DNA of 63,747 bases, the filler included, from Thraustochytrium aureum (lineage: Eukaryota): NCBI GenBank assembly GCA_012862495.1. It is 6 parts of 5 records of this genome, joined end to end, with 100 filler letters (N's around TTAATTAATTAA, not from the genome) between each part and the next. Parts side by side here need not be neighbours in the genome. Positions count along the whole stretch, not along the records: positions 24,001 to 41,250 come from BLSG01000244.1; 5 more parts are not named here. One strand, 5' to 3'. The stretch's first letter is position 1. Every line of letters begins with the position of its first letter. The translations under genes and the position numbers were made by a program. Below the pieces are notes generated by a model that did no database searches, had not been told where the DNA came from, and was given only the letters and a program-made list of their open reading frames with translations. Shown here in pieces: positions 24,116 to 37,900 of this stretch.

Positions 24116-27100
24116 TCAACTGGCGCGGGAGCGCTTCTTGCTGATCTTGAAGTCACGGTTCAAGGACGGGCAGATGTGCGCCGCGAGCGGCGACTCCTCG
24201 TCTCTGGCGAGCTTGGAGAGCTTGATCAGGTGGACGTCGTACTGCTCGATCTGGAAGACCAGGTTCGGGACAAGGCGCGCCTCGCTTGTGGCGTACTTTG
24301 CGAGCACCCCGTTCGCGTCGCTCCCCGACCGCAAAATGTCATACAAGGCCTCCGTGTGCTTGCGCGTCTCGGCCAAGAGCTCGCGCAGGTGGCGCGAGAC
24401 GCCGCGCCGCTTGGCCGCCACCGTCACCTTGAGCTGCGCTCCGAGCAGCTTGTAGTGGCGCAGCGCGAGCTTGAAGAGCTGCTCAAAACAGCGCTCGGAA
24501 GGGAGGCGGCTCTCGAGCAGCAGGTGCGCCGTCGTCACGATCAACAGCATCCGCGAGTAGAGCCATCCTCTCCTGGTCGGCTCGTGCCGCCCGCGCTTCC
24601 TCAAGCTTTTGCCTGCGGGTGCCGCTCAGCGCAACAGTGCCCTGCGCACTCTGCATGGGCAACGGGTCGTCGCGCATCTGCGCTGCGGTCCACTCGCACT
24701 CCTCCATGACGCCGTGCAAGGCCGCCGCTGTAGCTAGAACGGCTGGTACGACATTCTTTGCGCTCTTCAGCAACCCATGCAGTTTGGCTTGCTTTCCGCG
24801 GCGCGACTTTGTTCGGGAGGACCTCTGCGTCGCGCCACGGCCTTGCGCGGCTTCCACAGCCTCGTCGTCCTCGTCCGCCGCTCCATCCTCCGCCTCGTTC
24901 TCCTCATCGCTGTGCGCGCCTTGCCCAGAGCCATCGTCGGGCTCAGCCTCGCCGTCTGCACGGCCCAGGCGCACTAGAATTTGGTCAGCGAAACGTTTTG
25001 CGCCCGAAAGTCGATGTGTAGCAGTCGAGGCCAGCTGCTGCGCCATCAAGTGCNNNNNNNNNNNNNNNNNNNNNNNNNNNNNNNNNNNNNNNNNNNNNNN
25101 NNNNNNNNNNNNNNNNNNNNNNNNNNNNNNNNNNNNNNNNNNNNNNNNNNNNNNNNNNNNNNNNNNNNNNNNNNNNNNNNNNNNNNNNNNNNNNNNNNNN
25201 NNNNNNNNNNNNNNNNNNNNNNNNNNNNNNNNNNNNNNNNNNNNNNNNNNNNNNNNNNNNNNNNNNNNNNNNNNNNNNNNNNNNNNNNNNNNNNNNNNNN
25301 NNNNNNNNNNNNNNNNNNNNNNNNNNNNNNNNNNNNNNNNNNNNNNNNNNNNNNNNNNNNNNNNNNNNNNNNNNNNNNNNNNNNNNNNNNNNNNNNNNNN
25401 NNNNNNNNNNNNNNNNNNNNNNNNNNNNNNNNNNNNNNNNNNNNNNNNNNNNNNNNNNNNNNNNNNNNNNNNNNNNNNNNNNNNNNNNNNNNNNNNNNNN
25501 NNNNNNNNNNNNNNNNNNNNNNNNNNNNNNNNNNNNNNNNNNNNNNNNNNNNNNNNNNNNNNNNNNNNNNNNNNNNNNNNNNNNNNNNNNNNNNNNNNNN
25601 NNNNNNNNNNNNNNNNNNNNNNNNNNNNNNNNNNNNNNNNNNNNNNNNNNNNNNNNNNNNNNNNNNNNNNNNNNNNNNNNNNNNNNNNNNNNNNNNNNNN
25701 NNNNNNNNNNNNNNNNNNNNNNNNNNNNNNNNNNNNNNNNNNNNNNNNNNNNNNNNNNNNNNNNNNNNNNNNNNNNNNNNNNNNNNNNNNNNNNNNNNNN
25801 NNNNNNNNNNNNNNNNNNNNNNNNNNNNNNNNNNNNNNNNNNNNNNNNNNNNNNNNNNNNNNNNNNNNNNNNNNNNNNNNNNNNNNNNNNNNNNNNNNNN
25901 NNNNNNNNNNNNNNNNNNNNNNNNNNNNNNNNNNNNNNNNNNNNNNNNNNNNNNNNNNNNNNNNNNNNNNNNNNNNCGGCACGCGCAAATCGAGATACCG
26001 CATCATGAATTTGCACTGCGCTTCCCAAACTGGGTCTGCGAAGCTTGACGAAAGCAACGTCTCGCAGACAGCGACGCCAAGGTGCGCCTCCTTCTGGGTT
26101 CGGGCCGACTCAAACAGGTCGTCGCGGTTGCAGCGGCGGATTCTCTGCCGCAGCGCACCGAGTACTCTGTGCGCGGTCTCGGCCAGAGCCTTGCTGCTCG
26201 GATCAGAGGCCTTGGCAACCGTGACAATCTGACGCAGGAGGATGTGCACGGGGTCGAGGACCTGGTCCCCGGCCCGCTCCATGCACCGTTCTGCAATGAG
26301 CACGGGAAAGGGTTCGTTTGCCTCCTCGCTCTGGTCGTCCGCACACGAGCCCTCGTTCTCCTCGTTGCTCGGCGGGTCGCCGCCCTGCTGCTACTGCTGC
26401 TACTGCTGCTCGCTTTGCCGCTCTCGTGTCTCGAATCGCGCAGGGTGATCCGCAGCGGCTCGACAAGAACCGAGTCGAGGTGCGACAGGAACGTCTCCAA
26501 AATGAGCCGCCGCACAGGATCCGGCGCCTTGGGCGAGCAGAGCAACGCCCCCAAACCGCTGTACAACGACCGTCGGACTTCGCCCTGATGGCCCAGGCAG
26601 CGCTGAATGCCGCAGACAAGGTCCATTTGCTGCTCGATCCGAGCCGTCGGCGTCAAGCGCGCCACCACATGGACGAGTCCCTGCACAGCCACCAGGCGCG
26701 GGTTGACGTCGCGCTGAAAGAGCGCCTTGCGCAGAACGAGCACACTGAAGTCGACCAAGTCGGTGCGCAGCTCGAGCAGCGGCGTGAGAGCTTCAAGGAC
26801 GCCGTGGGCAACACGCGGGGGCATTTTCGGCAGCTCGACCAAGACATCTTTCAGGAAAGGCAGCTCCCGAAGCAGCAGCTGGGGCGCGCGATCCACGAGG
26901 TCGGCAACCAAGCGCACGATCTGAACCCCGCCGTGCTCGCTCGAACCTGCCGCAGCGGCCGCGACCCGCAACCGAATACATTCGAGCACGTCGCGCTGCA
27001 CAATGCTGTGATGGCAAAAGCTGTCGACGAGAAGGCGGCGTCCTAGGGCAGCGACTGTCGCATTCGGATCGCCGGCCTCGAGCATGTGCCTCTCAAAGGG

Positions 27101-28626
27101 CGACTGCCGCGACCCCGGACCAGCCGGCGCTTCCTCACGGACGTCGCGGTGGATCGCGTGGGCCGCGCAAGTGGCTGGCGCCAACGACCCGAGCATCTCC
27201 ATCCCGAGAGGCGCGAGGGACTGGACGACGGCGTCCCAACCGCCTACGGCGCTCCGCAGGGCCAGCCCTCCGAGGACCTTGTCGAACCCGCGGCTGTGGG
27301 CGGCGAGGCTGGCACGGTCCGACGCCCGCGGTGCCAGGCCACGCTTCTCGAGTCGTTCAAGCCAGTCGCGGAGCCACACCGAGCAAGTTGCTCGGTGCGT
27401 GGTCGCCGCTGCAGTGTGGATCCGCTGCACCAAAACGCCGATGGCACGTTTCTCAAGTCTCTTGATGCGCGCCAAGCCCACGAGGAGCGCAGCGCGGAAG
27501 ACGCCGAGCTTGTTCAGACCGCCGCAGGGTTGCGCGCACGTCTTGATAAATGTGCGCCCCAGCTCGATGTCTTTGGAGACTGCAAGGGAGAAGCTGCTCA
27601 CGTCGCGCCTGCGCTTGGAGCAGTTTGCGGGATCCTCGCGGTCCACCTTTGCCTCCTCTTCGGACGCCTGCGCCCCTCCGCCCAGGTCTGCGTCGGCGTT
27701 GCTGGCCCCGTCCTCCTCCTCCTCAGAAAACTTGTCACGGTAGCGGCTGTCCAGGTCCTCCATCGCCTGGATGAGCTTGTCCAGACAGGCGAGGCGCAAG
27801 TCGGCCTTCAAATTGGCCCCCGCTGTTGTGAGCAGGGTGAGCAGGCTGCTCACCAGGTTCGGAAGCTCATCGTACTGAATGCGCGCGACATAGCCCACGG
27901 CCTTGTCGAGAATGCGAGCCACCAGTTCGGGCGAAAAGTGGTCCGACAGATCATGTAGTGTCGAAACGATCATCACGACTGAGGCGGGGCGCCATTCAGC
28001 CTCGCATATCTCGTTCATGGTATGCAGGCCAAAGGACATCCCATCGAGCGACGAGAGGTCCTGCTCGCAGCGGCTCTCGGGGTCCAGCATTCCCTGCGGG
28101 ATGTCTAGTGTGCGAACGAGGAGGGCAGGAAGGAATTCGAACGGTGACCAGTACTCGAGCGGCGGCGCGAACACAGCGCGCTCGTCCGCGAGGATTTCTG
28201 TTGCGCACTCGACGAGCTGAGCCAGCACATTAACGGGCAAGTTGGAGGCTTCGCTGACCAAAAAGTTGAACAAGGCGTCGCGTCGGTTGCTCTTTCCGCG
28301 GCTCGCGAGCCGAAACAGCCGCGTGTAGAAAAAGACACGCCTGTTCAGTCCGGCCGCCTCGCCGGGTGGCGAGCCCCTGAACACCGTCTTGACAAAGTCG
28401 CCCAGCTGCGGGTCCTCTGCGTGCGCCAGGAGGGTCTCCTCGAAGTCGCGCGCTTTGCACGCGCCGAGGGCCTCGCCAAGCGTCATGAAGGTGTCCGAGT
28501 CGTCTTGCGTCAGCGACAGCTGCGACCCGACGGCGAGGGTGCCCTTCGCCTCGAGCACGTCGTCCGAAGACGTCCCTGCCGCGTTTCTTCTTTTCTCCTT
28601 TGCCTCATTCGCCGACCCGCTGTTGC
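24116..28626 (-). CDS. FANCI: Fanconi anemia group I protein (gaps, frameshifts, start hidden in gap)
   Basis: VLVLRKALF..RLVAVQG around the ubiquitinated Lys (codon 26726-26728), RCLGHQGEVRRSLYSGL, and C-terminal VPNLVFQIEQYDVHLIKLSK..RDFKI. Confidence 0.88.
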
Positions 28627-29517
28627 NNNNNNNNNNNNNNNNNNNNNNNNNNNNNNNNNNNNNNNNNNNNNNNNNNNNNNNNNNNNNNNNNNNNNNNNNN
28701 NNNNNNNNNNNNNNNNNNNNNNNNNNNNNNNNNNNNNNNNNNNNNNNNNNNNNNNNNNNNNNNNNNNNNNNNNNNNNNNNNNNNNNNNNNNNNNNNNNNN
28801 NNNNNNNNNNNNNNNNNNNNNNNNNNNNNNNNNNNNNNNNNNNNNNNNNNNNNNNNNNNNNNNNNNNNNNNNNNNNNNNNNNNNNNNNNNNNNNNNNNNN
28901 NNNNNNNNNNNNNNNNNNNNNNNNNNNNNNNNNNNNNNNNNNNNNNNNNNNNNNNNNNNNNNNNNNNNNNNNNNNNNNNNNNNNNNNNNNNNNNNNNNNN
29001 NNNNNNNNNNNNNNNNNNNNNNNNNNNNNNNNNNNNNNNNNNNNNNNNNNNNNNNNNNNNNNNNNNNNNNNNNNNNNNNNNNNNNNNNNNNNNNNNNNNN
29101 NNNNNNNNNNNNNNNNNNNNNNNNNNNNNNNNNNNNNNNNNNNNNNNNNNNNNNNNNNNNNNNNNNNNNNNNNNNNNNNNNNNNNNNNNNNNNNNNNNNN
29201 NNNNNNNNNNNNNNNNNNNNNNNNNNNNNNNNNNNNNNNNNNNNNNNNNNNNNNNNNNNNNNNNNNNNNNNNNNNNNNNNNNNNNNNNNNNNNNNNNNNN
29301 NNNNNNNNNNNNNNNNNNNNNNNNNNNNNNNNNNNNNNNNNNNNNNNNNNNNNNNNNNNNNNNNNNNNNNNAATTGCATTCGTGCGGTTGCGCTTTGGGG
29401 AAAGCGTTCGACCAAAGGCTTGCTGACTTGATCCAGCTGCAACTGCGCCACGGTTCAGCAACACGAACGCGGCAGCTTCATGCGGCCACGTGATGTTGGC
29501 TGGACTCGGGGTCGAGG

Positions 29518-29956
29518 ATGCGGGCACACGGCGTCGCCCGGCAGACCCTGAACGAGAACGCACAACAGCAAGCAAGCAAACGCAAAGCAAGCACCGAGCG
29601 CGCAGAACAACAAGACAAAGAGGACTCCGAGGTCGAGGAGCGAACAGAACAACAAGACAAAGAGGGCTTCGGAGGAGGCGCCGAGGAAGGTAGCGCCGAG
29701 GAAGAACCGCGTCGCGGAGGCGAAGCGCATGCCCAAGGTCGTGCCTAGCGTACAGACAGGCTCGAAGGACAAGCTTGCATCGACGAAGAAGCCTGTTGAC
29801 GTCGAGGAGCTGCTTCGATCGCAAGACCCCTCGGAGGCCCTTCGCCTCGCGCTCGGCAAGCCCAAGACCTACAAGGCGACCGGTGCGGGCTCGAGCGGGG
29901 CTGTCGAGGGCGGCAAGAAGCGCAAGAAGGGAAAGAAGGCTCCTGCGCGCAAGTGA
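29518..29956 (+). CDS. Small Lys-rich hypothetical protein (probable frameshift near 29665)
   Basis: Two overlapping coding-like frames ending KKRKKGKKAPARK*. A 20-bp direct repeat lies at 29604 and 29646. Confidence 0.45.
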
Positions 29957-30137
29957 CTCCGCATGGGCGCCACTTCGAAGGAGATCCCACAACACAATTA
30001 TAAGGAATGTTGTCTCATTAACCTCTAGCTAGGCCTTCTTGTCTCCCTTGACTCCCAGACTGGCGACGCTCCAAGACGTCCTGACACCCTCGAGGCGAAT
30101 GTTGCATGCACAACTACTCTACATACGGCAGGTGCCG

Positions 30138-30904
30138 TCAGCTCGAGAGATTCAGGTCGTAAAACGACCCAGCAGCGTCAAAGGCAACGAGAAGCACCCC
30201 GCCGCCCGGGCCGAGGCGCGCAAGCTTGGCCACAAAGCCTCGGTAGAGCCCTTGAGGGCCTTCCGAGCGCCACACCGCCAACATCATCCGCGCGAGAGCA
30301 GCCAACCCAGAGGCGTCCGAACCGCGCTGCGAAGTGAACTGCATTCGGGTTTTGCACACGTCAACAGGGTTGGAGAAGCAAGAGCCCAGCATGCCTGCTG
30401 CCGTGCCCTGCAGAAACGACTGCAGCGCGCCAGAGGGCTCGGAGCGGCTGCGCAGCTCGTGGATTGTCCCAAAGTACACTGCGTTCCACGACCCGTTGCG
30501 GATGAGTGTGGCCGAAAGCCCCGTCCAAAGATGAGAAACGCCTTCCGAGCGCACAATCTTGAGCAGCACATCGCCTGTGTTGGTATAGAGAGCCAGGTTC
30601 TCCGCGCTCTGCAGGCGCACTTTGACTAGCTCGAAAGGCGTGATGAAGAACGACTCGCTAGCGCCAGCTGCAAACCCCGCAAAGGTCGCCGCCGCCGTCG
30701 TGGGCTTGTCGCCTGCCCGAGTCAGCGACCCCAGGGCGGTCGAGTTGGACAGAAACTTTATCATGCCGCGGGGGGCCTGCATCCCAACCGCTGGCAAAAG
30801 ACCCCTGTAAACCTCTGCGACGCCTCCGCGCCACATGGTGCCGAGCACGGTTCGCAGAGACGACCTACCGCCAGCCGCGCTCGAGCCTCGCTCCAGCTGC
30901 AGCC
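30138..30904 (-). CDS. SLC25A21: Mitochondrial 2-oxodicarboxylate carrier-like protein (5' end in gap)
   Basis: Carrier signatures PFELVKVRLQ and PVDVCKTRMQ. ODC-type RNGSWNAVYFG and RLGPGGGVLLVAFD. Confidence 0.8.
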
Positions 30905-31250
30905 NNNNNNNNNNNNNNNNNNNNNNNNNNNNNNNNNNNNNNNNNNNNNNNNNNNNNNNNNNNNNNNNNNNNNNNNNNNNNNNNNNNNNNNNNNNNNNNN
31001 NNNNNNNNNNNNNNNNNNNNNNNNNNNNNNNNNNNNNNNNNNNNNNNNNNNNNNNNNNNNNNNNNNNNNNNNNNNNNNNNNNNNNNNNNNNNNNNNNNNN
31101 NNNNNNNNNNNNNNNNNNNNNNNNNNNNNNNNNNNNNNNNNNNNNNNNNNNNNNNNNNNNNNNNNNNNNNNNNNNNNNNNNNNNNNNNNNNNNNNNNNNN
31201 NNNNNNNNNNNNNNNNNNNNNNNNNNNNNNNNNNNNNNNNNNNNNNNNNN

Positions 31251-32925
31251 CGTGGGTAAACACGAGCTTGCCTCGAGGCTCGGCAGGCGCTTTGGTGATG
31301 GCAAAGTAGATGGATTCCCGAGCGTCTTCGTTGTCGCCAAGACCAGCAGAAGCGGCCTGGTCCTTCGCTCCGCGAGCCGCTCGCCTGCGGCGCACGACCA
31401 TCAAAGCCAGCAGGCCGCTGCCGAGCAACGCGGCGCCGCCAAACGATGCGCCAAGAGGGACTGCGAGCGGGAGCCCACCCGCCGAGTTGAGCGGGCCTTC
31501 TTTGCCCTCGCCTTTGCCGCCTCCGGTAACGAGCGAGGTCGGCGAAAGCGAGGGCGTTCCGGTGGGCAGCGAGGTAGGCGCTGAGGTAGGTGCAGAGGTC
31601 GGGGTGGCCAGCGTGGCGGCGAGTATGGTCCAAGACGAAGATGTGCGCTCGGAGACCGGGCGGTAGTTTTGTCCCTCGAATAGCGCTGCGCAGCCGTCGC
31701 TTTCGGTGCAGAAAACCTCGACGTCTTCGAATTTATTGCGCTGTGGGTCCAGCGCGACCGCGGACACGTCGCTGAAGCTCGCAGGCGACGTCCAGTTACG
31801 GCCGCCGTCAAGGGTCAGCGCGAACATGGGCACTTTCGATGCCCCGTTTGTTGTCCCCCAAGCTGCAACGCAGCCGCTTGGAGCAAAGCAGTCCACGCTG
31901 CTCTCAACAGACGAGAAGGCACTATCGAACCCGAGGTCGGCCCCAGCTGTCCAGTTGAGCCCCCCGTCCTCCGTCCGCGAGACTTCGATCCACGTGTTGC
32001 GGCTGGAGCTTGAGGAGGTTGCCTCGGTTGTTGCGGCACAAACCGATGTGCCTGGTACGCAAGCGACAGAGGGCTTCCGAACGACTTTGTTCGACTGGTC
32101 GGCCTGAGACGCTGCTTGGAGCCTGCTGGACCACTCGACCTTGCGCAGGTCGCCGAACGTGAGCCCTCCGTCGGTGGAGCGCAGCGTGTGCAGCCGACTG
32201 TCATCGCTGTACCCGATGGACTTTTTGTCAAACCCCTGCGCTGCTACAACGCACAGCGCACCTTGTGGGTCGCACCAAATCCGCGGAAACGCTGCGCCAG
32301 TGTTGGTCTTGCTTTCGCTGATGATTTCGACGGGGGCGCTCCAGGTCTGGCCCCCGTTCTCCGATCGGAGAGATACAACCGCATTGTCGGGGTCACTGGC
32401 GGCGACAACGATGACGCAGCTCATCTCGCTCGCTCCCGCCCCGCCTCCCTCCGCCTTTGCTGGCACGAAGCAGCTCACATCGGGGTCGTTGAGCTTGCCG
32501 CTGTCTTGCAGCGGCAAGCTGGACGGGGGACCCCACGTAAGGCCGCCGTCTTGAGACCGAGCAACGCGGATCTCGTCGTCGCCTCCGAGCGTCCAGGCGG
32601 CGACGCAGGTTTTGCCTCCGGCTGGCTCGGCGCAGCCAAGGCTGGGCAGGTCAGTGTCTACCTCGTCTGCCACGCGCTGCGGCAAAGTCCAGTTGCTGAC
32701 GAACGCGTTGCTCGTTGCAGACATGATGCGGGTGTTGCCTCCACTCGACCGCGTGAACACCGAGACGCACGTTGCGTCTCCAAAGCAGTGAAACGCGGGC
32801 TCTTCGAACGACGCGTCCACCGCGTCCCAAGGGATTTCGCCGGTCCCCGCGAATGCTGCGCACAGGCCTAGCTGGGCTGCGGCAGTCGCCGCGCCAAGTC
32901 CAGTTGCTGGCGCCAGAACCCGCAT
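31251..32925 (-). CDS. Type I membrane protein with Asp-box (BNR) propeller and PTSA stalk (3' end in gap)
   Basis: Hydrophobic N-terminus; five Asp-boxes (SQDGGLTW, SENGGQTW, STDGGLTF, TEDGGLNW, TLDGGRNW); PTSAPTSAPTS stalk; TM helix followed by RRRR. Confidence 0.85.
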
Positions 32926-34740
32926 CTTGCGCCTTCCGTCCGCTGTCTGGCGCGATTCGATTCTGCCGTGGGTCGTCTCACGCGTTCGCCCTTCACCGAG
33001 TGCCTTGTGCAGCTTCTGCCACCCAGACTGTCAGCCAACGCCGCCTAGTCAGTCATTCACCTGGCTCTGGCCAGGGGGATCCTTGCGTGTCTCGCGTTGC
33101 CGGTCGCCTTGTTCGTCCGAGACCCTGACGATGAGTCACAACTTTGGGGTGTGCGCGGACCCGTTTTTGGCCATGCGCCACACTTGGTTGGGCTCACGCA
33201 AAACCAAATCCGATTCATCCTCCACGGCGCAGCAAGTGCCAGCGTGGTGCCAGTGGAGGCTTGTGCAGTGGATGGATCTCTCTTGCGGCGCGAGGAGGGG
33301 AGCAGCTCTGCGTAGCTGTGCCGATCCTGCTGCCTTCCTTTCCGTCCAGCGCAATGGGAAGCCGGGGAGGGGGAGAACGCAGGTCCACTTGCGTTGAAAC
33401 GGGTCCAACCTTTGTCGTGCCAGGCAAGGAGTCCTGCTTGTGAGGCGAGAAGGCTGCTTGGTCTGCTCCGTCGAGCTCTGTCGACACCGCGCCAGCTTTG
33501 AGGGAGGATGGGCTTCACCGACCATTTTCGACAGACAACGTATTTCAACGGAGCGTAGAGTGCGGATCGGTCAGCGGATCCAAACGATGGCGGCTCTCTA
33601 GCTCTCAACTCTACCAGCGACGAGAACCTGGCGAGGAGAGCCCAAAAGGACGAAGCACTCGCAGTTGCAATTTATTTCGCAGACAAAACTGCGACGGCAG
33701 GAAAAGAGTAAAACATGACGTCGTTTTGGGGCATTTCCTCGTTGAATGCCACGTCACCAAGTGGGTTGAACCGACCGAAGGAACTCGCTTCCGCGCGGGA
33801 GGAACACATCTGCTTGCGACACCGAGCTCTGCGCCTACTAGACGATGATGCTCTCTGCCGGCAGCAGCTCGAAGCGCCGTGAACCACTTGCCGGCAGACT
33901 CGGATTCGAGCCTTAGGGCCTGCTTGAAGGCGGGCGGCGGTCGCGCGGCCAACTGCCCCAGGTCCTTCCACAAGTTCGCGCGTTGCACAGCCGGTCGACG
34001 CCTGCGGCTCGGCAGTCTTCGAGCCACGCAATGCCAGTTCGCAACGGCACCAAACGCCGCTCCCCGCAGCCTGCCTGCGTCAGGGGGGGTCCTTGCTGGA
34101 GCGCGAACGGACAACCAGAACACGCGCTCGCTCAGAACAGCGCACCATCAGTCAGTCCATCGTAGGCGCCCGCCACTCGTCAGTCTCGCGCCAGTGACGC
34201 CATCGCCAGCCACGCCCTTGTCCAGCGCGCCTGGCACGAAGACGGGCCGAAAGCCCAGCAGGCGCGCCCACAGCCACCTCGCCCAGCCGCCTCTCGACCT
34301 CCGTTCGCTGCGAACAGCGCTTGGCTCGGCCATCCGGCACGTTTCGCGCTCCGCCACGCGTGCAGTTCCACACGCGAACGACTTTCCCTAATAACGGCCC
34401 TCTCAGCTCCCACGCAACACCGAGTCTCACCTTGCTCTGCCTTTGGGCCAAAGTTTCCCGGATTGACGACATCCATGGAGCTCATAGGACTCGGGGTGTT
34501 NNNNNNNNNNNNNNNNNNNNNNNNNNNNNNNNNNNNNNNNNNNNNNNNNNNNNNNNNNNNNNNNNNNNNNNNNNNNNNNNNNNNNNNNNNNNNNNNNNNN
34601 NNNNNNNNNNNNNNNNNNNNNNNNNNCCGCGAGTAAGCGCGTGGTGCCGCAAGAGAGAACAACGCGGGTGAGAAGCAGGCAGTCGCCGAACGCGGCGGAG
34701 AGCAGGGCAGCAGAGGCCGGGCAGAACGGCGTCGCGATAG

Positions 34741-34741
34741 C

Positions 34742-34774
<33 letters not shown>

Positions 34775-34816
34775 GCGGCGGCGGCGGCGGCAGCAGTGGC
34801 AGCAGCGGCAGCAGCG
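34741..34816. repeat. (CAG)n(CGG)n trinucleotide repeat upstream of the E1 gene
   Basis: About 10 CAG, then 6 CGG, then mixed units. Confidence 0.9.
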
Positions 34817-34997
34817 GTGCTGGCAGTGTCGGCAGTGTCACTTGGGCAGGCGGCGGCGTCGGCTGCGACTAGGGTGCGTTTTGTGCTCGAGCAGCCGCGC
34901 TTCGCGCAGAGCGTGCCGAGTGCCGAGCTACAGCCGCTGAGGCCGCCGGACGAGTCGCGAAGAGAGCGGCTTGCGAGCTCGTGAACGGGCCGGGAGG

Positions 34998-37900
34998 ATG
35001 GGCGGCAAGGAGGAGGCCGGTAACGGCGAAGGTGGGCTGGATGCACACTCTATGAACTTGTACAGCCGGCAGCTTGGCGCGTACGGCATCGAGGCCATGG
35101 CCAAGCTGGTGAAGATGAAGGTGCTCGTCGTCGGCTTGCGCGGCGTCGGCATTGAGGTGGCGAAGAATCTCGTCCTGGCCGGCCCCGGGGCAGTGACTCT
35201 GGTCGACGACGCCGTCGTCGCCATGCGCGACCTCGGGACGAACTTTTTCCTGCGCGAGTCGGACGTGGGCAAGACCTCGCGCGCCAAGGCGTGCCTGCCG
35301 CACCTGCAGTCCCTCAACCGCCTCGTGGACATCAAGGCCCCCAAGGGCGGCCTCACCGAGGATCTCATCAAGGCCCACACCGCTGTCGTAGTGTGCGGCA
35401 TGGGCCGCAAGGAGGCCGTCAAGTGGAACCACGTCTGCCGCGCCAACAAGGTGGGCTTCTTCATGACGGGCGTGCACGGCCTCGTTGGCTACGCCTTCGC
35501 AGATCTGGGCGACGAGTTCACCATCCGCGACCGCAACGGCGAGCAGCCTGTGAGCCGCATCCTCGACGGCATCGACACCGAAGGCGGCAACGCCCCCAAT
35601 GAAATGATCCTGCACCTGATCCCGCCCCCGGACGGCAGGCGCCACAACATTGAGGACACCGAACACGAGGGCTGGGTCCAGCTGGACGAAGTAGAGGGAG
35701 CGCTGGGAGAGCTGGTGAATGGAAAGGGGCCCTTCCGGGCCCACCACGTGCAGCTCGAGCGCACCGACGCCAAGACGGGAAAGACGCGCAAGGTCTTCGA
35801 CGCGTACTCGCTGCGCGTCATCGTCGAAGGGTCGACCTCGCTGCCCAAGTACGAAGGAGGCGGCATGTTTACCCAGGTCAAAGCACCAGAAAAGGTCCAC
35901 TTCCGCCCCCTCGAGGCGTGCGTGGAACAGCCCGTGTCCCCCGGGGAATACTCGCTGCTGTTCACCGACGGGGCCAAAGTTCGGCCGCGCCGAGCAGCTC
36001 CACATGGCGCTTCAAGCCGTCTGGGACTTTGAGGAGGAGAACGGCGGCCGGCTCCCAGAGCCCAACAACGCCGCGGAGGCCGAGCAGGTCATCAAGTGCG
36101 CGCTTCGACGCAACGAGATGATGGCGAGCGCGGCGCAGTCGGCCATGACCGACGAGGGCGAGGCCGCGCCATGCCTTGCCCTTGAGGAGGTGGACGAGGC
36201 GGTTGTCAAGATGACCGCTCAGCACGCCGCGTGCGAGTTCCAGCCGTTGAGCGCCTTCTTCGGGGGCGTGCTCGCCCAGGAGGTCGTCAAGATGACAGGC
36301 AAGTTTACGCCGCTCAACCAGTGGCTGCACATCGACTGTTTCGAGGTCCTGCCCGAGGTCAACGTGGACGCCTCGCACCCGCGCGCGTTCAAGGTCTCGG
36401 ACGCCGACCGCGCGCAGACCGGCTCGCGCTACGACGATCTCATTGCCATTCTCGGGCGCCCGCTGCAAGAGTCGCTCGCGGCCAAGCGCCTGTTCATGGT
36501 GGGCTGCGGCGCGCTCGGCTGCGAGCTGCTCAAGAACTGCGCCCTCCTCGGCGTCGCGTGCGGGCCCAAGGGGCTGCTCACGGTGACGGACAACGACACG
36601 ATCGAGGTTTCCAACCTTTCGCGGCAGTTTCTGTTCCGCGAGCACAATGTGGGCCAGCCGAAATCGGCTGCTGCAGGCGCTGCCGTGGTGGAGATGAACC
36701 CCGACCTTCGTGTCAAGGCGCTTCAGCAGTTCGTCGGGCCCTCTACCGAGAATGTCTTCAGCGACCAGTTCTGGGAGGGGCTTGACATTGTGCTCAACGC
36801 GCTCGACAACGTCAAAGCGCGCCTCTACGTGGACGAACAGTGCGTTTTCTACGAAAAGCCGCTCATGGAAAGCGGCACCCTCGGCACGAAATGCAACGTG
36901 CAGGTCATCCTCCCGCACCTCACGCAGAGCTATGCGGACGGCCCGAAGGACGACGAGGCTGGCGACGCGATCCCGATGTGCACGCTTCGCAACTTCCCGA
37001 GCCAGATCGAGCACTGCATCGAGTGGGCCCGCGCGCGCTTCACAGACATGTTTAGCACCTCTGCGACGGCTGCGCGTCAGTTTTGCGAGGACCCCAATGC
37101 CTGGCTAGACGAGCTGCGCAAAAAGACGCTCGAGATCGAGAACCGCGGCAAGATGATCTCTGCGGTCGGAACCGAGCTCGGCCCGCTCAAGGACATGATT
37201 CGCGTGATCAGGCAGGCGCGCAGCCCGGACAACTGCTTCGCGGAGTGCGTCACGGAGGCTTTCGAGCTCTTCCATCGCATGTTCCGCGACAACATCATCG
37301 CCCTGACGACGACCTACCCGGAGAACGCCAAGGACAAGGCGGGCAACTCGTTCTGGTCCGGCACCAAGCGCTTTCCACAGGCAGGCGAATTCGACCCGGC
37401 AGACCCCTCGCACATGGGCTTCGTCATGTCGACGGCCAACCTGCTCGCCGTCAACTACGGCCTCCAGCCGGCCGACCAGCCTCTGCCCGAGGACCACCCG
37501 TGGCGCAGCCCCAGCCACGTGACCAAGATCGTCTCCAAGCTCGCGCCCCCGCCGCTCGTCAAGGAAAAGGTCGACATGTCGGGCGGCGGGAGGAGGAAGA
37601 GGATGGCAAGGATGGCAAGGACGGGGTCTCTGGTGACGCGGATGCCGCGCTCGACGAGTTCAAGGCCTGCCTCCAGGAGCTCGAGTCCCTCAAGTCTGAT
37701 GTGGGCGAGCTGCTCATCGAGGCCGCCGAGTTTGAGAAGGACGCGGATTGGAACTTTCACATTGACTTCATCACGGCTGCGGGCAACCTGCGCGCCTGGA
37801 ACTACCGCCTCAAGCCGGCCACTCGTCACAATGCCAAGATGATCGCTGGCAAGATCATCCCTGCCATCGCGACCACAACGGCGTCCGTGACCGGCCTGGT

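Noticed and set aside
26003..29995. 1330-aa ORF and other ORFs that read through N gaps
   Set aside because: Their lengths are artefacts of translating Ns; only the FANCI portion is supported.
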